Origin: Selaginella moellendorffii
Lineage: Eukaryota > Plantae > Lycopodiophyta
Assembly: GCF_000143415.4 (NCBI RefSeq)
Contig: NW_003314407.1
Coordinates: 124,001 to 188,000 of the forward strand
DNA length: 64,000 nucleotides
Direction of reading: 5' to 3'
A model generated the notes under the pieces. The model was not told the origin of the DNA and did no database searches. It saw nothing but the letters and a program-made list of their open reading frames with translations. Every line of letters begins with the position of its first letter. Position 1 is the stretch's first letter. This document shows, in pieces, positions 56,385 to 64,000 of this stretch. The position numbers were made by a program, and so were the translations under genes.

Positions 56385-58397
56385 TCATGACCTCCACAGC
56401 GTACTGCGGTAGATATCATTCGCGCTCTTCTCCTCCTCCTCTTCTTCCTGCTGCAAACTCTTCTTCTCTAGAACCGGTGACGATGGCGATGGCGCTGACA
56501 ATGGCGATGGCCGCTGCTCGTTCTCGTCGAGCGAAATCCCCGACAGCTTACACTTCCCAGCCAGCTGCTGCAAGACAGTGGCGGTGATGGCGTCCGGAAG
56601 TATCCCCTTCTTCTTCATGTCGAAGTATATGTCTCGCGCGTCCTGGTACCGCCCGGCCTTGACCAGCGCGTCGATCAACAGGTTGTAAGTCACAACGTTC
56701 GCACTACACCCGGCCTTCTCCATGTCGCCAAACATCTCAAACGCCTTGCCCATGTTTCCAGCCTTGGCGAATGCCTCGATCATGCAAGTGTACGTGAACA
56801 CGTCCGGCGTCAGCCCCGCGCTTCGCATCTCTTGCAGCACCTTGTACGCCTCGGACGCGTACTTTGCTCGTCCCAGGCAGTTGATGAGCGTGTTGAAAGT
56901 GATCGAGTTCGGCTTGATCCCGCGGGCCTCCATCTCGTCCATGAACTGATAAGCCAGGCCAACTTTCCCAGCCTTGCCGCAGCAGTCGAGCATGGCGTTG
57001 AAGGAGACGGTGTTGACAGCCACTCCACTCTTCTTCATCCGCTCGAAGATCTCGCAAGCCAGCTCCGTCTTCCCGGCTCGTCCCACCGCCAGCAGCAGCG
57101 AGTTGCAGCTCTCGATCTTCATCGCGATCTTGCGCTGCTCCATCTCGCCAAACAGCTCCACCGCTCGGTCGATCTCACGCCCCCGGCTGAGCGCGTCCAG
57201 CACCAGCGCGTACGTGCTAGCATCAGCCTCGATCCCGTCCGACTTCATCTCCGCGAAGATCATGCACGCCTCGCTCACGTTCCCTCGCCGGCTCAAGTTG
57301 GCGATGAGAGCATTCATGCTGGCAGCGGTGGCGAAGTGTTTCGAGTCGCGGATCACCTGGTAGACGCCGCGGACCCTCCCGGTCCGGCTCACGGCCGTGA
57401 TGAGCGAGTTGAGAGTGTAGTCGTCCGGTGCCAAGTTCTTGTCCAGCATCTTCTTGAGCACCACCATGGCCGACTCGATCCTCCCGGCCTTGCAGTAGAT
57501 GTCGATGACGTTGGTGTAGGCCGGAGCGCTGGGCGTGCATCCCCGCTCCTCCATCTCGTCGAAGAGCAGCGTCGCCTCCTCGTCGCGCTTGCACCGCCCG
57601 AGGCTCCGGATGAGGATGGCATACGTGTAGTCATCCGCGGGGCAGCCCATGGATTTCATGCTCGCGAAGAGCTTGCAAGCCTCGTCGATCATGTTGGCTT
57701 TGCCCAGTCCATCCAGCACCACGTTGTAGAGGAGAGTGTCGGGCTCCAGCCCGGTCTTGATCATCTTGTCCAGGAAATCCATGGCGAGCACCACATTCCC
57801 GGCCTTGACGAGCGACTGGATGACGCACTTGTAAGTGTAGGCGTTGGGCTTGGATCCGTGCTTGTCCAGCTCCTGGAACTCGTCCATCACCTTGTGGATC
57901 CTGGAGCTCCGGCCGTAAGCCGCGATCACGGCGTTGGATACCAGGACGTGGTATCTGCAGGGAGTGTCTTGGATCGCGGCCAGCATTCTCTCGAGGACGT
58001 CGTACTCGCGAGCGGCGCCCAGGATCATGACCATGCGGCTGCAGCTGTAAGCGTCGAATCCACACTCGGGCTGGCGGCCCGACCAGAGGAAGAACTCGTA
58101 GCACGTCTGGACGTCGGTGTGGAGCGCGCGAAGAACACCCTCCACCACGAAGGGCGTGAGGCGGAGCTTGTACTGGTGCTTCATGTCCACCAGCGCGTCG
58201 ATGGTGCCCGGACCCCAGTGGAGCCACTTGAGGAGCTGCCGGATGGCGGTGATGGAGTCCTCGCCCGGCACCGGCTCCGCGTCGATGGGATGATTCATGC
58301 GCGCCACCAGCGGCAAATCGAAGGATGCGGGCTTGCCGATGCTCGCTGGCTTCCCTGGAACGGAGCAGTAGTACCTGATTCGAGCTCGCAGCGCCAT
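56385..58397 (-). CDS. P-class PPR protein, likely organelle (mitochondrial?) RNA stabilisation/splicing type
   Basis: 670 aa of tandem 35-aa P motifs (PDTLLYNVVLDGLGKA..., PDVFTYTCMIEAFAKAG); no E domain. Confidence 0.92.
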   Translation of the reverse strand: MALRARIRYYCSVPGKPASIGKPASFDLPLVARMNHPIDAEPVPGEDSITAIRQLLKWLHWGPGTIDALVDMKHQYKLRLTPFVVEGVLRALHTDVQTCYEFFLWSGRQPECGFDAYSCSRMVMILGAAREYDVLERMLAAIQDTPCRYHVLVSNAVIAAYGRSSRIHKVMDEFQELDKHGSKPNAYTYKCVIQSLVKAGNVVLAMDFLDKMIKTGLEPDTLLYNVVLDGLGKANMIDEACKLFASMKSMGCPADDYTYAILIRSLGRCKRDEEATLLFDEMEERGCTPSAPAYTNVIDIYCKAGRIESAMVVLKKMLDKNLAPDDYTLNSLITAVSRTGRVRGVYQVIRDSKHFATAASMNALIANLSRRGNVSEACMIFAEMKSDGIEADASTYALVLDALSRGREIDRAVELFGEMEQRKIAMKIESCNSLLLAVGRAGKTELACEIFERMKKSGVAVNTVSFNAMLDCCGKAGKVGLAYQFMDEMEARGIKPNSITFNTLINCLGRAKYASEAYKVLQEMRSAGLTPDVFTYTCMIEAFAKAGNMGKAFEMFGDMEKAGCSANVVTYNLLIDALVKAGRYQDARDIYFDMKKKGILPDAITATVLQQLAGKCKLSGISLDENEQRPSPLSAPSPSSPVLEKKSLQQEEEEEEKSANDIYRSTLWRS

Positions 58398-58561
58398 GAT
58401 CGATCGCGCCCATCTCTCATCGCCGCATTGCCATCGCCTAGAACTCGCGAGGAAGACCTAGGACACTTCTCTATGGTGGTAATGGTAATCAAAGCTTGTC
58501 TATTTCTTCTTGCAAATTCGAGAACATCATATCCAAGAGAGGAAAATTGAATCGCGCGCGC

Positions 58562-59113
<552 letters not shown>

Positions 59114-59263
59114 TGTGCCGCTCTTCCAAGCCGCCGAAATGCGCTCCCCCGGGCTCTAGGGTTAGGGTCTTACAGGGTTTTGAGATCGCCGTCGATGGAA
59201 GCATATCATCGACGGCTGGCATGTGGCCACGTCATACATCTCATGGATTAGGGCATTGTCTTC
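59114..59263. promoter_or_regulatory. 150-bp bidirectional promoter (RPL36a / MCD1) with telo-box-like and G-box-like motifs
   Basis: ctagggttagggt at ~59157-59169 (AACCCTA on the - strand, typical of ribosomal protein genes); gccacgtc at ~59226. Confidence 0.5.
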
Positions 59264-60325
59264 ATGGGCGCTCCTCTTCCGGGCGCTGCGATGACGGTAC
59301 GCTGCCTAGATTTTCCAAGAAATGTAGCTCCAATTGTGATTCTTAGGCCAATCTCTCCGCGCATTGCTGCTTGTGCTCGCCGTCGGTGGCCAAGAGGAGG
59401 ACGCTTCCGGGAAGAATTCTCATCGTTCGAGCTCAATCTGTGGATGCGCCTTCCTCTGGTTCATCCGGAAGGCTCCAATCTCTTGTAGCAGCACCTCTCA
59501 AACTGGTACTTCTTCTTTCCTTCTTTTCTTTGGAATTCTTTTCACTGGATTTTACACAGGCTAGCCGTGTTGCGGCTGCTCCTGTCAACTTGGCCGCGGC
59601 TGCAGGAGCTGTGGCTACCGTGTGTGTGCTTCTTTTGATCAGAGAATTTGTGCGATCACGCAACGAGGTGGGAGGCTCCGTGTCAGATCTGATCAGGAGA
59701 GGACAGCTACGATCCGATAGAAACGTCAGGCCCGAGTAAGTTGGTTTTCCTTTATGAATCTTATGGTTGCTCTTGTTTGATTGTAGCTCGAGACCTTTGA
59801 AATACGAGGATCCTTTCAACAATCCTCTGGTAAAGATCGGCAGTAAGAATCCGATCGTGAGAATGTGCGGCAAAATCTTCAGGCTAACTCCAGTGACTTT
59901 GACGGAGGAGAAAGTCGTGAGCCACCAGAACAGGAGGATACAAGCTTATCATTGGAGGAGGCCCGTTGTGTTCCTTAACGAGGGAGACCCTGTGCCCGAG
60001 GGTGTAGACCCGGAAGAAGTAAGGTGGATACCATCAAACCACCCGTTCGCCACCACCCAAGACTATATTGACGAAGAGCTGGCGCAAAAGAACGTGTACC
60101 AGACCCGTGGCGTTCCGTCCCGCGTAAGAGCCGAGCACGAGGCCCTTCGGAAGAAGATGAAAGAATCAGTCCAAAAGGTGCGTTTCTTGCTTTTCTGTGC
60201 GTGCTCGGTACTGAGTCGATCAGAGTTGGGATTGGCTCCAGGCCCGAGAGGATACTATCCAAGATAAGACTTTATCTCCTCCCAGCGATCGCGATCATCT
60301 GGAAAGCAGCCAGATTCTTCCGTGA
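59264..60325 (+). CDS. MCD1: MULTIPLE CHLOROPLAST DIVISION SITE 1-like inner-envelope protein, multi-exon
   Basis: Transit-like exon, TM segment, then GSVSDLIRRGQLRSDR|..PLKYEDPFNNPLVK..MCGKIFRLTPVTLT..AYHWRRPVVFL..VRWIPSNHPFATT..GVPSRVRAEHEAL. Start and last exon are inferred from splice phase. Confidence 0.8.
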
Positions 60326-60919
60326 GGCAGCAAAGCGAGGTGAAGTGAGGCGTCGAAGTGGGAATAGAATTTCGTCTGTTACTTTGGTCGAGGTGAAGTG
60401 GTGTTCGTGGGAGTTGCCAGCAGGTGAGTGCTCGGGTTTAAGAAAATCTAACCGATTTGGTTTGCAAAGCATGTCCAGGTGTTTGTGGTCGCTCATGAGA
60501 CTTGGCTTTGTCTGGAAGAGTCAAAAGCGCACTAGCCATGATACTGATGGATGGAGAACTTTGGGCAGTGATAGCTATTATATTCCAGCACTGGGAAGGG
60601 GAATGCACTGTTCTGAACGGCCTCTCTCAACCAACCCGGCTCTAGTGTCCATTGCGAGTGACGCGAGGCAGCTCTGGTGTGTGGTGCTGCTAGTGGCATT
60701 GGTGGGGTACTGGAAAGAAAGCTATCCTGGATGTGACACCCGGGTCTTAACATATCTGCTGCCAATACATAACAGTGGGAGGAAAGAAAGCACGACAGGG
60801 ACAGACTCGGAGAAAGAAAGATTAACGACGACTCTTATCACCGTCGTCGAGCAATTCGTGTTTCTTCCAAGTCCGAGCGGAACCGATCCGAGCCTAGCCG
60901 AGCCGAAACCGAGCTGAAA

Positions 60920-60973
60920 TCAGATAAAGGTTGTCTGGGAAGAAGATGACGAAAAAGAGAGCGACTGGTGCTC

Positions 60974-61009
<36 letters not shown>

Positions 61010-61681
61010 GTCTTCGAGCCTGGAAGGGGCGTGAAGACTTCTCCGGCATGATGGACATGACGCATGAGCAATGAGCCAGACGTCGACGCACTCGACATGG
61101 AAGCCGTGGTAACAGTCGGGAAGGATCCGGACTCTGTCCCCGTCGGTGAATTCGCAGAGACAGATTGTGCACTCGGTTCCGACCACGCAGCCCAGCTCCA
61201 GATTGTCTTTGAGATTTGCTGCCGAGTAGTTGACAACGGGAAGCGCCTCCACAGCTCGCCGGTTGCTGCTCCTGTTCTTCTTGGACAGACTGTTACTCAT
61301 GGTGAAGTCCTCGGAGGAGGCCTCGAGGTCCAGATCACGGGGCTCCCTGGGCAAATCACTGTTCCTTCTCGACCGTCGCCTCCTCATCCATCGCCGGAGG
61401 TCTGTGGAACTGAAAGCTGGAACCAACCTCACGATGCTGTCCCAGCGAGCCATGCAGATGAGAATCACCAAGAGGATTGCGACGACGATCATACTTCCCA
61501 GGAACACTGCCGTCTTGTACACGGTCTCTCCACCTCGCGGCCTCCATGGCTGCGGCTGTGGCTGCTGCGGCCGATGCTGCGGCTGATGGGGCTGTGGCCT
61601 GCCTGGCAGTGGCGGAAACAAGCGGTCGTGGTCGTGGACGTCTCGAGGCGGAAGAGGGCCGGGTTTCTTCTTGAGAGCCAT
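60920..61681 (-). CDS. ATL-type RING-H2 E3 ubiquitin ligase
   Basis: N-terminal TM, GLD-like AVEALPVVNY, RING-H2 CTICLCEF...LPDCYHGFHVECVDVWL...CPSCR; poly-Gln tail. Confidence 0.92.
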
Positions 61682-62565
61682 CGCGAAACTCTGGACTGGA
61701 GCTCGGCTGCTCTTCTTCCTCCTGCACAGCAACCAATCGTCAGGCAGTCGTGTTTGGAGCTAATGTAGCCAACCTGGATCTGGATTGTAGCTCGAATCTA
61801 CAAGCCAGAAGCAGCAAACAGCAGCGGCGATGGCACTGGATTTAGTGACTGGGTGTAATTAGCTGCCTGTCATCTCATCTCCGAGCTTGACAAGAGCGAA
61901 GAGAAGAAACTGCAAAGTGGGGTGAGGTCAGGGAGAAGAAAGAGAGGGCAGCATTCTTTCTTTTTCTTCTCGCTCGGCTCGCTCCTCAGTACACATACAC
62001 ACGTAGCCGTACAAGCAAACACCGTTTCAGCAGTTAAAAGGGGTTTAGCAAAACTGTGAGGAAAGATCTTGTTTACGAACTTTTCCTGTAAACAAAGAGT
62101 CCTCCGAAACTCCGTTACAGCAGTTACGAGACCAACTTTTGAAAAGGCAACTCCCTGGTGTAGAATAAAATCAATCAGTTATTCAGCTGCTTGCATTTTG
62201 CGAGTAGCTTTTTATTCTTGAGGCAATTACAATTAATAGCATTCCAAAGCTTGAGATAAACTTCTTAGCATCTAGAGTCATTAGGGAACTCGAAAACTGC
62301 CACTGCCGCTGCAACGTTCTTGAACGCACTAGAAGACCGTGGAACAGCACTGATATAAATATTCACATCCATGTTTTTGAGAGAAAAAATGTGATGCATT
62401 AAAGGACTTTAAAAAAACTAAGGAACACCTCTAGAAAATAAAGTTTTAAATTTGAATTTTATTTCCACTCTTTCATAAAATCCAAAATTATTTATTTTAC
62501 ATTTTAAATTAGAAGTCAAGCTGTGAACCTTAATAAGCCTAAGTCAAAAATTCATCCATAAAACA

Positions 62566-63471
62566 ATGTATAACATCATGAGAGTAATAATAGTTACCTT
62601 AGTATTAATAATACATTTTAAAGTTTTTTCTGGACAACCTAGTATTAATGTTGGAGATATGAATTCTATAAATGAAATAGTTGTAAATGCTATTATACAA
62701 GCTATTACAGATGCAATTAATGCTATACCAGATAATCCACTTCCTTCAAGACAAATGTTTTATGGAAATATTGTTGGTAAAAATCCAGAAACAAGAACTT
62801 ATACCATTATAGGATATGGTGCTTTTTTCTTACAAAGAATTGGGGAAACTTGTAATATAGAATCTGGGGGGCATTTAGAATCTGGAGCTACTATAAGACA
62901 ATCAATAAGTGGACTTTTTCAAGAAATAACTGAAAATTTAATAAATGATGCTGCCTCATATTTCATTGTAAGAAATAGCCAATTTCTTATTTATTATTTT
63001 ATTAGAAATTTTAATGGTCAACAACAAAGAAGGCAACAAGATTTAGCACAACATACTAAATGTAATATTTTTTCTAGCATGTTGATAAGTGGTTCCTTCA
63101 ATATGCCGTATCAGTATTTGTTATCAACACAATTTTTAATTTCTTCAAATAAAAAAACATATATGTATTTAAGTATTGATTGTAAATTAGGTATATATAA
63201 TGGTAAAATAGACTTATGGTTTTCAAAGAATTTAATTGAAGGAAAAAATTGCATTTTAAGATTACAAGAAGATGGAAATTTAGTTTTATATTCTTACAAT
63301 AATAAAGTTGTTTGGTCATCAAATACTAATTGTATGCAATATAATTGCTATAAAAATACATATTTAGTAATACAAAATAATTGCAATTTAGTTTTATATA
63401 CTATTTATCAGAAATCATTTAATATAAACCCTAAATTAGAAGCTATATGGGATTCAAAAACATTTTGCTAA
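62566..63471 (+). CDS. Secreted chimeric protein: signal peptide + unknown ~130-aa domain + bulb-type (GNA/B-lectin) mannose-binding domain
   Basis: 301-aa intronless ORF in very AT-rich DNA; hydrophobic N-terminus; LRLQEDGNLVLYSYNNKVVWSSNT (intact QxDxNxVxY site) and YLVIQNNCNLVLY...IWDSKT. Confidence 0.8.
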   Translation: MYNIMRVIIVTLVLIIHFKVFSGQPSINVGDMNSINEIVVNAIIQAITDAINAIPDNPLPSRQMFYGNIVGKNPETRTYTIIGYGAFFLQRIGETCNIESGGHLESGATIRQSISGLFQEITENLINDAASYFIVRNSQFLIYYFIRNFNGQQQRRQQDLAQHTKCNIFSSMLISGSFNMPYQYLLSTQFLISSNKKTYMYLSIDCKLGIYNGKIDLWFSKNLIEGKNCILRLQEDGNLVLYSYNNKVVWSSNTNCMQYNCYKNTYLVIQNNCNLVLYTIYQKSFNINPKLEAIWDSKTFC

Positions 63472-64000
63472 AACTATCAGTTCAGTGCATTTTTAGTATA
63501 TTATTCAATAATAAACATAACTATATACTTTCTTATATTTAATTAAATTAAATTAGTTTATAATAATAACTAATTTATATTTAAACTATTCTATACTTAT
63601 AGGAAGTTAAATGCAAGCATAAAGCACTAATATTAAGTGGAATTTAAGTGTTAGCTCCCTAGCATATACTAGGAAAAGAAAAGAAAAATAAAACAAACTT
63701 TGAAAAAAATTACTATCCTTAATAGCATTTATATCTTGGGAAGAATATACACTATTGTTTCAGCCATTTTGAGTTCCTTTAAAAGAAAAATTTCATCATA
63801 ATATATGGGTACTAGCAAATTATAGGGGTTTATGACATGGAGATAAACAATATCTATATGATTATACTATGCAATCAAAATTCTAAACAAAAATATTTTT
63901 AAAATATTAACAATAATCTAGATATATCTAAACTAATTACTTTACTACATATTTTATATAGTCTTAAATCTAACTATGTGATATGCAACAACATTTTGGT

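Noticed and set aside
56832-58550. 572-aa plus-strand ORF, and similar antisense ORFs at 1830-2912, 4725-5600 and 44034-44861
   Set aside because: Antisense shadows of high-GC3 genes; no recognisable protein features.
60201-60917. 238-aa ORF after MCD1
   Set aside because: Non-ATG start, lies in the 3' regions of convergent MCD1 and ATL genes, and has no domain signal.

Overview
This is eukaryotic land-plant nuclear DNA, most consistent with the lycophyte Selaginella (inferred from ~50-95 bp GT-AG introns, very tight gene packing and PLS-class PPRs built from tandem ~31-aa SS-type motifs). Recognisable genes, in order: an STR-type ABCG half-transporter (arbuscular-mycorrhiza lipid export family), PsaD, CTNNBL1, a PLS-E PPR divergent from PsbP, two near-identical family-1 UDP-glycosyltransferases, a second PLS-E PPR, a filament-like plant protein (FPP/DUF869), an LRR-III pseudokinase-type RLK, a minus-strand run of subtilase > unknown 311-aa ORF > PPR > PGR5 > PPR with 0-244 bp spacers, a P-class PPR, RPL36a/eL42 divergent from MCD1, an ATL RING-H2 ligase, and an AT-rich secreted bulb-type lectin chimera with an unrecognised N-terminal domain. 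About 16-39 kb is a decaying tandem array of a [UGT - DRP4/Mx-like dynamin - PLS-PPR] unit. It is interrupted by a full-length dead Copia element with ~85-bp LTRs, a 133-bp solo-LTR-like insert, a LINE RT remnant, an unknown spliced pseudogene and a minisatellite-bearing repeat. Strongest leads: the operon-like PPR/PGR5 run, the lectin chimera, the UGT/DRP4/PPR array, and a decayed copy of CTNNBL1's own coding sequence in its promoter. Family assignments come from recalled motifs, not database searches.
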